The position numbers and the translations under genes were made by a program. A stretch of DNA of 38,043 nt, taken from positions 1-38,043 of the IMG/VR virus record IMGVR_UViG_2537561603_000006. One strand, written 5' to 3'. The notes beneath the pieces are model-generated. The model was not told the origin of the DNA. It saw only the letters and a program-made list of their open reading frames with translations, and made no database searches. Of this stretch, positions 28,610-37,143 are shown one piece after another; within the stretch, counting starts at the first letter, position 1; each line of letters begins with the position of its first letter. This DNA comes from a virus. Its lineage: Duplodnaviria; Heunggongvirae; Uroviricota; Caudoviricetes.

Positions 28610-29220
28610 GCGTTAGTTTCTCCACAACCAGAAGCAATCGACGCCACGACGCCCGGAGCTGCACACTCGCGGGCGTCATTACTTTCTGAAATGCAAAAAA
28701 TTTTGTAGACAAGTGCTGCATGCTCCTGCAGCTTCGAAATTGAGAGATACAGCTCGTCGTTAATTGCTGTCTTCTCATGCGGTTCCACTACACCGTCTTC
28801 GATTGCTGAACGAATCTGTTTTGAATAACTGCCGATCTGTTCAATGACTTCCAGCAGACGCTGGTTAATATCGGCGTTGTCCACATCCTCGACGTCAGGA
28901 AGAGACACAAAGACGCCATTTGCAGACTGCGCCACAGCATCAGCAATGAAGTGAGTTCCACCAGCACGTTGCAAAATCATTGCCCATCCCAGCGGGAAAA
29001 TCTGATCGCCATCAGCACGAAGGCGGTTAAATAATGCGTTCTCTGTTACATCCAGCCAGTCAGCTGCTTCAGCGTAACCACCCGGCAACTTTGCGATAGT
29101 TTTTCTGACAGCTTTCACGTACCACTCAGGCTGTTTTTCTACTTTCCAGTGATGCTTACCCACGGTTAGCCTCATCGTTCTGTGGTTTCTGTTAATCGAT
29201 TTATCCATTAGATTTTTCAT
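28606..29220 (-). CDS. Hypothetical regulatory protein in the cII position
   Basis: ORF immediately downstream of cro; start ambiguous (track start 29277 overlaps cro by 77 nt; internal Met at 29220 or 29208 more likely); family not recognised. Confidence 0.4.
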   Translation of the reverse strand: MKNLMDKSINRNHRTMRLTVGKHHWKVEKQPEWYVKAVRKTIAKLPGGYAEAADWLDVTENALFNRLRADGDQIFPLGWAMILQRAGGTHFIADAVAQSANGVFVSLPDVEDVDNADINQRLLEVIEQIGSYSKQIRSAIEDGVVEPHEKTAINDELYLSISKLQEHAALVYKIFCISESNDARECAAPGVVASIASGCGETNA

Positions 29221-29401
29221 AAAGCTCAGGTTTAAATGGCAACCGTCCGCAAGTTCTATATGCAGCTTCTGCTGCACGTCCTTTTGGAATTAACTGGCCC
29301 GGACGGTTTCGCCACTGATAAACGGCTTCAGTTGTTATGCCGAAAAAAGCAGCAACTTTCTCAATACTGCCGAAGTAGCTTTCGATATCGTCAGTTGTCA
29401 T
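29201..29401 (-). CDS. Cro-like HTH regulator
   Basis: 66 aa, HTH region AAFFGITTEAVYQWRN; GGAGGG Shine-Dalgarno upstream; divergent from cI across an operator region. Confidence 0.7.
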   Translation of the reverse strand: MTTDDIESYFGSIEKVAAFFGITTEAVYQWRNRPGQLIPKGRAAEAAYRTCGRLPFKPELYEKSNG

Positions 29402-29498
29402 ACGCCCTCCAAACTAAGTTTTATTAGATGCTAATTACAAATCTATCTTTGGTCAATAAAAACTAAGATTACTTAGCAATTCAAGAAATGGTGCTCCT
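29402..29498. promoter_or_regulatory. Divergent promoter/operator region between cro and cI
   Basis: AT-rich 97 bp with repeated CTAAG/CTTAG half-sites: CTAAGTTTTATTAG (29414-29427) and CTAAGATTACTTAG (29463-29476). Confidence 0.5.
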
Positions 29499-30125
29499 AT
29501 GGAAACGGTTGGTCAGCGTATAAAAGCTCTGAGAAGAGTTACCAGAACGTCCCAGAAAGAATTGGGTAAATTTTGTGGAGTAAGCGACGTTGCTGTGGGG
29601 TACTGGGAGAAAGACATCAATACCCCTGGTGGGGAGGCACTTTCGAAATTAGCGAAGTTCTTCAATACGTCAATAGATTACATTCTTTATGGTGCTGAGT
29701 TTGAAGGCAAACTCGTCACAAACATGCGCAGAGTTCCTGTAATATCGTGGGTTCAGGCTGGGCAGTTTACTGAGTGCAGGGCAGCAGAAGTGTTTAGTGA
29801 AGTGGACAAGTGGGTAGATACATCATTAAAGATTGGTGATAACTCATTTGCATTAGAGGTTAAAGGTGACTCCATGGCTAACCCTAATGGCCTCCCAACA
29901 ATACCAGAAGGCGCAACAGTGATTGTAGATCCAGATGCAGAACCTCGTCATGGAAAAATAGTCATCGCTCGACTTGATGGAACAAACGAAGCTACAGTAA
30001 AAAAATTAGTCATCGATGGCCCTCAAAAGTTTTTAGTGCCATTAAATCCTCGGTATCCCAACATCCCTATCAATGGTAATTGCCTTATCATTGGTGTAGT
30101 CAAAGGAGTTCAATACGAACTCTAA
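29499..30125 (+). CDS. CI-like repressor (N-terminal HTH, C-terminal S24 LexA-like peptidase domain)
   Basis: 208 aa; N-terminal HTH (QKELGKFCGVSDVAVGYWEKD); C-terminal ...ALEVKGDSMANPNGLPTIPEGATVIVDPD... with Ser-Lys dyad context. Confidence 0.85.
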   Translation: METVGQRIKALRRVTRTSQKELGKFCGVSDVAVGYWEKDINTPGGEALSKLAKFFNTSIDYILYGAEFEGKLVTNMRRVPVISWVQAGQFTECRAAEVFSEVDKWVDTSLKIGDNSFALEVKGDSMANPNGLPTIPEGATVIVDPDAEPRHGKIVIARLDGTNEATVKKLVIDGPQKFLVPLNPRYPNIPINGNCLIIGVVKGVQYEL

Positions 30126-30309
30126 GACCTCTCTTCTCTAACTAAGGCACCGAACTAAGAAAAGTTTGGTGTTTTCTCTTGCCATAACAACTAAGTTAAG
30201 TTAGATTTTATGTCAAAGATAACGAACAGGCAGGACGCCCACGAAGTAGCCGCCGGTGGCGTATGAATGACCGGATGATTCGTTAAATACTATGTGTAAG
30301 AGAGCGCAA

Positions 30310-30513
30310 ATGAACCGTTATCTCACATGCTCGTTTTGTGGCGCAAACGAGCTGCAGGCAAAAAAAATCATCGCCAAAGGCGGAAAAGATGAAGTTGCTA
30401 TCTGCTCTGAGTGCGTAGTCTTGTGTGTCGGAGCATTAATCAATATCAGCACAACTATTCAGTTCACACCAAATGAGAATGCGCCTTTAGATGCGCGGAA
30501 ATCTGGAGGTTAA
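30310..30513 (+). CDS. ClpX N-terminal zinc-binding-domain-like small protein
   Basis: LTCSFCGANELQAKKIIAKGGKDEVAICSECVVLC has the CxxC-x20-CxxC pattern and flanking residues of the ClpX zinc-binding domain ([32 protein letters not shown], recalled); start at 30310 preferred over 30292. Confidence 0.55.
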   Translation: MNRYLTCSFCGANELQAKKIIAKGGKDEVAICSECVVLCVGALINISTTIQFTPNENAPLDARKSGG

Positions 30514-30521
30514 AGAACAAA

Positions 30522-30797
30522 ATGAAAGTCCAGATTTTAAACAATAGTGGTGAAGTCGTTTGGTCATACGACATAGCCGCTCCTGTAGATCAGAGCGGCG
30601 ATAGCTGGACCAATGGGAAACATCAGATTATGGCTGGAGTTGTATTCTCTTTACGCCGTGCTTTGGAACAGGCTGAAGTATTTCCATCAGACCCTGAATG
30701 GAAATGGCCTTTTTCTATTTGTCCAAATTCGGAGAGCACATTTCAGAAAATTGGTCAGAAAGTCGCACTCGAAGAGCATCAGCCAACTGTTTTCTGA
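30522..30797 (+). CDS. Hypothetical protein (rex-position cargo)
   Basis: 91 aa; GGAGG Shine-Dalgarno 8 nt before the ATG; 3' end overlaps a convergent ORF. Confidence 0.45.
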   Translation: MKVQILNNSGEVVWSYDIAAPVDQSGDSWTNGKHQIMAGVVFSLRRALEQAEVFPSDPEWKWPFSICPNSESTFQKIGQKVALEEHQPTVF

Positions 30798-30960
30798 TTT
30801 TTTCAGGTAACTCGTCGGCATCGCAGAAACAACAACGCTCGATCATGTTGAAAGCCGATTCGTAGAACTGTTTCTGCTGAGTGTCGCTGAGACAGGAAAA
30901 GAGCGACGTTACGATGATTTTATTAATTGCATTATCAAGTTCTTTTTCATCAAAAGTCAT
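30715..30960 (-). CDS. Hypothetical protein (convergent to the rex-position genes)
   Basis: 81 aa; strong Shine-Dalgarno AAGGAAAA before ATG at 30960; Cys cluster ERCCFCDADE. Confidence 0.45.
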   Translation of the reverse strand: MTFDEKELDNAINKIIVTSLFSCLSDTQQKQFYESAFNMIERCCFCDADELPEKIRKQLADALRVRLSDQFSEMCSPNLDK

Positions 30961-31380
30961 TTGATTTTCCTTTTATGTATACGGGCTTAAAAGGATACCA
31001 CCGAGCCTGAAGTGGTGAAAAGACAGGCACATAACAGCTAAGTATTTTCAACCAGAGAGAATCCTTAGCGTTGTGGTGAATGCGGCTCAGCGCACGCGGG
31101 TTAAGGTTGAGGCTGACAGTCGACCTTCTGTGGATACCCACCCGTCTGGTGTGCAACCTTCGCCAGGCACCGGGAGGCACCCGGCACCACAACTTTATGC
31201 TGTGTGTAGTCTTGGCGGTACCAGTTTGTACCCTTGCTTCCGGCTGGTACCGCTCTTTTTACAAAACAGAGAAGAGCATCACCGGACGACGGGCTCATAA
31301 CCCAATCCATCCGGGCGGCTGCCACCGCAGGTGTTCTTCTCTGTTTTGTGGAGAAACCAACCGACCTTGCAGGGTCGATA

Positions 31381-31760
31381 TGATGAGGAGCAGCAAAATG
31401 GCTAGCGAACGCAGTACTGATGTGCAGGCATTTATCGGGGAGCTGGACGGCGGCGTATTTGAAACCAAAATCGGCGCAGTTCTCAGTGAAGTCGCTTCCG
31501 GTGTGATGAACACGAAAACCAAAGGTAAGGTCTCGCTCAACCTGGAAATCGAACCGTTTGATGAGAACCGTGTGAAAATAAAACATAAACTCTCATATGT
31601 TCGCCCGACTAACCGCGGGAAAATTTCCGAAGAAGACACCACCGAAACGCCGATGTATGTCAATCGCGGTGGTCGCCTGACTATTCTGCAGGAAGACCAG
31701 GGACAATTACTGACTCTTGCCGGTGAACCTGACGGAAAACTCCGCGCAGCAGGTCATTAA
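31381..31760 (+). CDS. YfdP-like hypothetical protein
   Basis: About 126 aa from MMRSSKMASERST...; the track's longer ORF (from 31080) is a read-through of the GC-rich leader; followed by yfdQ/yfdR-like genes. Confidence 0.5.
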
Positions 31761-31824
31761 TATCGTTTTTAATTAACTGATTATTTATCTCATCACTGAA
31801 TATTTTATATAGTGAGGACTGATT

Positions 31825-32649
31825 ATGTCTCAGAACTTAGACGCAACCGCAATTAATCAAATCCATGCCCTTATTTCTGCTCAGGGTGTTAATGAAATTA
31901 TCAGTAAGATTGGTGCCGATGCTGTGGCATTGCCTGAGAATTTCCGCATTCATGATCTGGAAAAATTTAATTTAAATCGTTTCCGTTTCCGTGGTGCGCT
32001 TTCCACTGCCAGCATCGATGACTTTACCCGTTATTCTAAAGATCTTGCAGATGAAGGCACCCGCTGCTTTATCGATGCCGATAATATGCGTGCCGTCAGT
32101 GTGCTTAACCTGGGTACTATTGATGAACCAGGTCACGCAGATAACACCGCCACTCTCAAACTGAAAAAGACAGCACCGTTCTCTGCTCTGTTGTCTGTTA
32201 ATGGCGAGCGTAACTCCCAGAAATCACTGGCAGAATGGATTGAAGACTGGGCCGACTACCTTGTGGGCTTTGATGCTAATGGTGACACCATTCAGGCAAC
32301 AAAAGCGGCTGCGGCGGTCCGTAAAATCACGATTGAAGCAAACCAGACTGCTGATTTTGAAGATAATGACTTCAGCGGCAAACGCTCCCTGATGGAGTCT
32401 GTCGAAGCGAAGACCAAAGACATTATGCCAGTGGCATTTGAGTTTAAATGCGTTCCGTTTGAAGGTCTGAAAGAACGTCCGTTTAAATTACGCCTCAGCA
32501 TTATCACTGGCGATCGTCCGGTACTGGTTCTGCGCATTATTCAGCTGGAAGCGGTGCAGGAAGATATGGCTAACGAATTTCGTGATCTGCTTGTTGAGAA
32601 ATTCAAGGACAGCAAAGTAGAAACCTTTATTGGGACTTTCACCGCCTGA
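31825..32649 (+). CDS. yfdQ: YfdQ-like protein (DUF2303 family)
   Basis: 274 aa, same length as CPS-53 YfdQ as remembered; followed by an HD-domain gene as in the yfdPQRS block. Confidence 0.6.
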   Translation: MSQNLDATAINQIHALISAQGVNEIISKIGADAVALPENFRIHDLEKFNLNRFRFRGALSTASIDDFTRYSKDLADEGTRCFIDADNMRAVSVLNLGTIDEPGHADNTATLKLKKTAPFSALLSVNGERNSQKSLAEWIEDWADYLVGFDANGDTIQATKAAAAVRKITIEANQTADFEDNDFSGKRSLMESVEAKTKDIMPVAFEFKCVPFEGLKERPFKLRLSIITGDRPVLVLRIIQLEAVQEDMANEFRDLLVEKFKDSKVETFIGTFTA

Positions 32650-32662
32650 TTTCATTACTGCA

Positions 32663-32685
32663 AATGCCCCTGCGGGGGCATTTAT
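32663..32685 (+). terminator. Weak hairpin downstream of the yfdQ-like gene
   Basis: AATGCCCC-TGCG-GGGGCATT stem-loop followed by TTTA; short U-tract. Confidence 0.3.
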
Positions 32686-32765
32686 GGAAACGTAATTGAC
32701 TCAATAATCGCCTGAAGGCGAGGGTTTTCTTTAACCAAAATTCAGCGCGGTGCAGCGCATATAAC

Positions 32766-33314
32766 GTGGAGAACAAAATGTCATTTATTAAAACTTTTTC
32801 CGGGAAACATTTTTATTATGACAGGATAAATAAAGACAACATCGATATTAACGATATCGCGGTTTCCCTTTCAAATATCTGTCGCTTTGCCGGCCATCTT
32901 TCACACTTCTACAGCGTCGCCCAACATGCGGTGCTTTGCAGCCAGCTGGTACCGCAGGAATTTGCTTTTGAAGCGTTAATGCATGATGCAACAGAAGCGT
33001 ATTGCCAGGACATCCCGGCTCCACTGAAACGCCTTCTTCCTGACTATAAACTGATGGAAGAAAAAATAGACGCCGTAATCCGTGAGAAATACGGGTTACC
33101 CCCGGTTATGAGTACACCCGTGAAATATGCCGATCTCATCATGCTGGCAACCGAACGCCGCGATCTCGGGCTTGATGATGGCTCTTTCTGGCCTGTGCTG
33201 GAAGGTATCCCGGCAACAGAGATATTCAACGTGATTCCACTGGCTCCAGGCCATGCCTACGGGATGTTTATGGAACGCTTTAACGAATTATCGGAGTTAC
33301 GCAAATGCGCATAA
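32766..33314 (+). CDS. yfdR: HD-domain phosphohydrolase (YfdR-like 5'-deoxynucleotidase)
   Basis: 182 aa; metal-binding motifs ...HLSHFYSVAQHAV... and ...LMHDATEAYCQDIP... typical of the HD superfamily. Confidence 0.75.
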   Translation: MENKMSFIKTFSGKHFYYDRINKDNIDINDIAVSLSNICRFAGHLSHFYSVAQHAVLCSQLVPQEFAFEALMHDATEAYCQDIPAPLKRLLPDYKLMEEKIDAVIREKYGLPPVMSTPVKYADLIMLATERRDLGLDDGSFWPVLEGIPATEIFNVIPLAPGHAYGMFMERFNELSELRKCA

Positions 33315-33667
33315 ATGTTTTCGAAATGGAAGGGTTTCTTCGCGGGAAATGTGTACCGCGAGATCTGAAAGTGAACGAAACAAATGCTGAGTACCTGGTA
33401 CGTAAATTCGACGCGCTTGAAGCTAAATGTGCAGCACTGGAAAGCAAAATAATACCAGTGTCAGCTGAACTGCCACCAGCAAATGAAAGTGTTCTGTTAT
33501 TTGATGCTAACGGAGAAGGCTGGCTGATTGGCTGGCGTTCTCTCTGGTACACCTGGGGACAAAAAGAAACCGGAGAATGGCAGTGGACATTTCAGGTCGG
33601 GGACCTTGAAAACGTCAATATCACTCACTGGGCAGTAATGCCGAAAGCACCAGAGACTAAGAAATGA
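33305..33667 (+). CDS. DUF551-like protein
   Basis: 120 aa; Trp-rich C-terminus ...GEGWLIGWRSLWYTWGQKETGEWQW... Confidence 0.55.
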   Translation: MRINVFEMEGFLRGKCVPRDLKVNETNAEYLVRKFDALEAKCAALESKIIPVSAELPPANESVLLFDANGEGWLIGWRSLWYTWGQKETGEWQWTFQVGDLENVNITHWAVMPKAPETKK

Positions 33668-33879
33668 GCGTGATAAAAACTCATACAGGAATTGTTATCA
33701 CCCGAGACGGTGAAAAGCGGATGAAATTACATTCCACTGAAACGTCTTGGGTTGCCGGACGTTGTGAATCCTACGACAAAAAGACTGGTTACCGTTGGGG
33801 GGCACCTAACATGCGTCGCCGTCTGCTACTGGACAGCATCAGGCCAATAAAACAGGTAGCAACCAGGGAACAAAATTAA
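33664..33879 (+). CDS. Small hypothetical protein
   Basis: 71 aa ORF coupled (ATG/TGA overlap) to the upstream gene. Confidence 0.4.
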   Translation: MSVIKTHTGIVITRDGEKRMKLHSTETSWVAGRCESYDKKTGYRWGAPNMRRRLLLDSIRPIKQVATREQN

Positions 33880-33926
33880 TTATCAGGACTGGAATTTGAT
33901 ATTACTGCCCGTGTGCAGCGGGCTAA

Positions 33927-34145
33927 GTGGAGAAACATATGCTGAACCTCGATTGTGTTCCAATCTCAACTTATTGCAAAGAAACTGGCGAAACTCCTGA
34001 AGCAATAAACAAACGTGTACAGCGCGGTGTTTGGCGTGAAGGTGTTCAGGTTTTAAAGGTTGAAGGCGTTAAGGAGAGGTGGATTGATCTTAGTGAGGTT
34101 GCAAAATGGGCCAGACAAAACTGCTCAAACTACCGCGCGGCGTAA
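33927..34145 (+). CDS. xis: Excisionase-like protein
   Basis: 72 aa ORF overlapping the integrase start by 40 nt. Confidence 0.55.
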   Translation: MEKHMLNLDCVPISTYCKETGETPEAINKRVQRGVWREGVQVLKVEGVKERWIDLSEVAKWARQNCSNYRAA

Positions 34146-35272
34146 CAATCAGGAAACACCGCCAGGGCGAAACGATCAATATAACTTTCACCTACAAAGG
34201 AGTTAGATGTCGTGAGCCGCTTTCCAATCTGGAAGTAACACCAAAGAACATTAAATACGCCGAGCGTACACTCGGCGAAATCCATAATAAGATCGAAAGG
34301 GGAACATTCATTTATGCAGAATATTTTCCCCGTTCTGCTCGTTTGAAAATTTTTGGTAATGCTGCTGCAGGCAAAACGGTAAAGATGTACCTGGACGAAT
34401 ATCTTGAAATCTGCGAAACAAGAAAACTTTCACCCTCTACGATTGGTGGCTATAAAAAATGCCGTAGTGCGTTAGCCTCACTTCACATTTGCCCTGCAAG
34501 TGAATTAACACCAGCAACCCTGAAAGCGTGGATTCAAAGCCAGAAAACAACCTTAAAAACCATTCGCAACCAGTTATCTTTCCTGCGGTCAGCACTTGAT
34601 GAAGCCGTGACCGATGGGGTACTTCAAATTAACCCCGTATCGTTAGTAACAGCTTCGCGCTACCAAAGTGATAAGTCAGAAGCAGAAAGCAGCTATGTGG
34701 TTGATCCGCTATCACCAGCAGAAGTTGATGCATTACTAGCAGCAGCCGGAAACAAACAATGGGAAAATCTGTTCCGGTTCGCCATACATACAGGCCTGCG
34801 TAGTTCTGAATTATGTGCCCTACGATGGCATGATATCGACTTTGTTGGAAAAACAGCCCATGTTCAGAGCGCAAGTGTTGTCGGAGTTATCAAAGGAACA
34901 AAGACAAAAGCCGGTACCCGTAAAGTTGAACTGACTGAAGAAGCAATGTTGGCGTTGATAAACCAGAAGCCATTTACATTCATGAAGGATGCTACTGTCT
35001 TTGAAGATCCAAAGACCAATAAACCCTGGGCAAGTGCTGATGCAATTAGGAAAAAAGCATGGGTGCCAACATTGCGAAAAGCAGGTATTCGTTACAGAAA
35101 CCCATATCAAACCAGGCATACATTCGCCACCAGCCATATCAGCCGGGGAGCAAACCTGTTTTGGCTTGCAGCTCAAATGGGGCATAAAGGGCCTGAGATG
35201 CTTTTCAGGCACTATGGCGCATATCTGAAGGAATATGATGGACAAACAAGCTTGAAGAAGATAACAATATAA
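34106..35272 (+). CDS. int: Tyrosine integrase
   Basis: 388 aa; catalytic-domain signatures (...RHTFATSHISRGANLFWLAAQMGH..., ...FRHYGAYL...) and N-terminal arm-binding-like domain. Confidence 0.9.
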   Translation: MGQTKLLKLPRGVTIRKHRQGETINITFTYKGVRCREPLSNLEVTPKNIKYAERTLGEIHNKIERGTFIYAEYFPRSARLKIFGNAAAGKTVKMYLDEYLEICETRKLSPSTIGGYKKCRSALASLHICPASELTPATLKAWIQSQKTTLKTIRNQLSFLRSALDEAVTDGVLQINPVSLVTASRYQSDKSEAESSYVVDPLSPAEVDALLAAAGNKQWENLFRFAIHTGLRSSELCALRWHDIDFVGKTAHVQSASVVGVIKGTKTKAGTRKVELTEEAMLALINQKPFTFMKDATVFEDPKTNKPWASADAIRKKAWVPTLRKAGIRYRNPYQTRHTFATSHISRGANLFWLAAQMGHKGPEMLFRHYGAYLKEYDGQTSLKKITI

Positions 35273-35330
35273 TCCAAGCATGAAACTATTGGCCACAATT
35301 TGTGGCCATTTTACGGAGCAAGATAGAAAC

Positions 35331-37064
35331 ATGGCAAATCAAATTACCAAACTAAAAAATATAAATGTTGTGAAGTTTCGCGGACTGAAAAATATAAACA
35401 TCGAGTTTGGTTCTCGCCTAACTGTTATTTGTGGTAAAAATGGCACATCTAAATCCACAATTCTTGGCATTATCGCCCAAATATTTAGCTTTACAAAGGA
35501 CTTTACCAAAAACCCTGAGACTGATTTAACACAATATAAAACATTAACAAATGGCAGCTTCAAGTCAGCTTTCAGCGAACATTTTAGGCTTTCAGAACAA
35601 TTTGATGTTCCTGGTTCAATGGACGTCAAAATTAGTGTCTATGATGGTGCATCGAACAAACATCTTGAAAAACTAACATTAGGTTTATACAGCTACAGTG
35701 ACAGAGATAAATCAAGGCCTGTAGTCAGGGGAAATGATTCAATACCGGAAAAAAACCAAAGTAGAAACGTTACTCATCCTGTTATTTTTTTAAGCTTAGC
35801 ACGACTTCTTCCTATTACATTAAGGACTGATTACTCAACACGGGATGTTCAGTACATCAATGAAAATTCTGATGAAATCAGAATGATGAGTAACCAACTC
35901 TTACTAAAAAACAATGGAAGCTCAGTAACAGCAACAAAAGGTACTATCGATTCAATGGTTGTCCATGGTGACAATTATGATCACCAATCAGTATCTGTTG
36001 GTGAAGATAATGTTGGACAATTAATCCAAGCAATTTTTTCATTTAAAAGATTGAAGGAAACTTATTCTGATTATCATGGCGGAATATTGTTAATTGATGA
36101 AGCCGATGCAGGTCTTTTCCCTGCTGCACAGTTAGAGCTAATTAATATTCTAACTAAAGCAGCAAAACAATACGATCTGCAAATAATCATGACCTCGCAC
36201 TCTCCATTAATAATAGAGGATATCTATAATCGTTCAAAACAAGATAGTGATAGCTTTAAAACAATATATCTTACAGACACATATGGAGATATTAAAACAA
36301 AGAATAATCTTTCATGGACAGATATCCACGCTGATTTACATGTTGAAACTGTAAAAATTAATGATGACATTTGTCTTCCAAAGGCAAATGTATATTTTGA
36401 AGACAAAGAAGGTTTCGACTTTTTCAAACAATTGATAACAGATCGAAAAATAAATAAAATATTAAATCCATTAGGGAATATAAATATTAGCTGCTCTGCC
36501 ATGCTTGACTTAATGGCAAGAAAAATACCAGAATTTACAGCTAAAAGCTTGATCGTCTTAGACGGTGATGTTGTCCACGACAATAGTGCTAATGCAAAAA
36601 AAGCCAAAAAAGAAAAAAACTTATGTTTGCTTCCAAGCACCTTACCTCCAGACCAAATGATTTTTGAGTTTTTATATAATTTACCACCTGATGATGCATA
36701 TTGGGAAAATAAAAATAAATTTACAAAAGCTGTTTTTATGAAAACAGCTAAAGACATAATTGCAACGCTAAAGATTGGTAACGCTCCGATTGATTTAAAA
36801 ATCCTTATAGATAATTATAAAAAAGTTAACAAAAAACATGGCGGGATAGTTAGAAAACTGTTTAAAGATTTTGCACATACGACTCAATTTCAGGCCCAAG
36901 TAAAAGGGCGAGTTAAAGATAACCCATATCGATATTGGGTCGAGAAAAATCCTGTGCAATCGGATAGCTTCAAGAATGAACTAATAAAGAGTCTTAAAGT
37001 TATTATGACAAGTGGACATGGTGTCGATTCTGCTACCATCTCATCATATCTGTCAGATAACTAA
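35331..37064 (+). CDS. OLD-family-like ATPase with putative C-terminal Toprim nuclease domain
   Basis: N-terminus MANQITKLKNINVVKFRGLKNINIEFG; Walker A-like ICGKNGTSKSTIL; Walker B ILLIDEADAGLF; C-terminal ...YFEDKEG... then about 54 aa later ...LIVLDGD... (Toprim-like Glu/DxD spacing); GGAG upstream of ATG 35331; AT-rich. Confidence 0.65.
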   Translation: MANQITKLKNINVVKFRGLKNINIEFGSRLTVICGKNGTSKSTILGIIAQIFSFTKDFTKNPETDLTQYKTLTNGSFKSAFSEHFRLSEQFDVPGSMDVKISVYDGASNKHLEKLTLGLYSYSDRDKSRPVVRGNDSIPEKNQSRNVTHPVIFLSLARLLPITLRTDYSTRDVQYINENSDEIRMMSNQLLLKNNGSSVTATKGTIDSMVVHGDNYDHQSVSVGEDNVGQLIQAIFSFKRLKETYSDYHGGILLIDEADAGLFPAAQLELINILTKAAKQYDLQIIMTSHSPLIIEDIYNRSKQDSDSFKTIYLTDTYGDIKTKNNLSWTDIHADLHVETVKINDDICLPKANVYFEDKEGFDFFKQLITDRKINKILNPLGNINISCSAMLDLMARKIPEFTAKSLIVLDGDVVHDNSANAKKAKKEKNLCLLPSTLPPDQMIFEFLYNLPPDDAYWENKNKFTKAVFMKTAKDIIATLKIGNAPIDLKILIDNYKKVNKKHGGIVRKLFKDFAHTTQFQAQVKGRVKDNPYRYWVEKNPVQSDSFKNELIKSLKVIMTSGHGVDSATISSYLSDN

Positions 37065-37074
37065 TTGATTAAAA

Positions 37075-37110
37075 AGGGCTTTATGTGATGGCCACAAAGC
37101 CCTTTTTTTG
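37075..37110 (+). terminator. Intrinsic terminator after the ATPase gene
   Basis: AGGGCTTT-13 nt loop-AAAGCCCT followed by TTTTTT. Confidence 0.55.
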
Positions 37111-37143
37111 ATATACTTTAGATCTGACATTTAGAGGTATCAT

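Noticed and set aside
31252-31264. GCTCTTTTTACAA taken as a definite nut-site boxA
   Set aside because: The same bases form the U-tract of the preceding hairpin terminator and no N-like protein is evident; retained only as one hypothesis for the structured region.
31080-31380. N-terminal extension of the 226 aa plus-strand ORF (MRLSARGLRLRLTVDLLWIPTRL...)
   Set aside because: The extension crosses the GC-rich hairpin region and reads as Arg/Leu/Cys-rich nonsense; the gene most likely starts at the internal ATG at 31381.
35280-35330. Upstream start (MKLLATICGHFTEQDRN) for the ATPase gene
   Set aside because: The ATG at 35331 is preceded by GGAG and yields the characteristic AAA_15/21-type N-terminus, so the longer start is probably non-coding leader.
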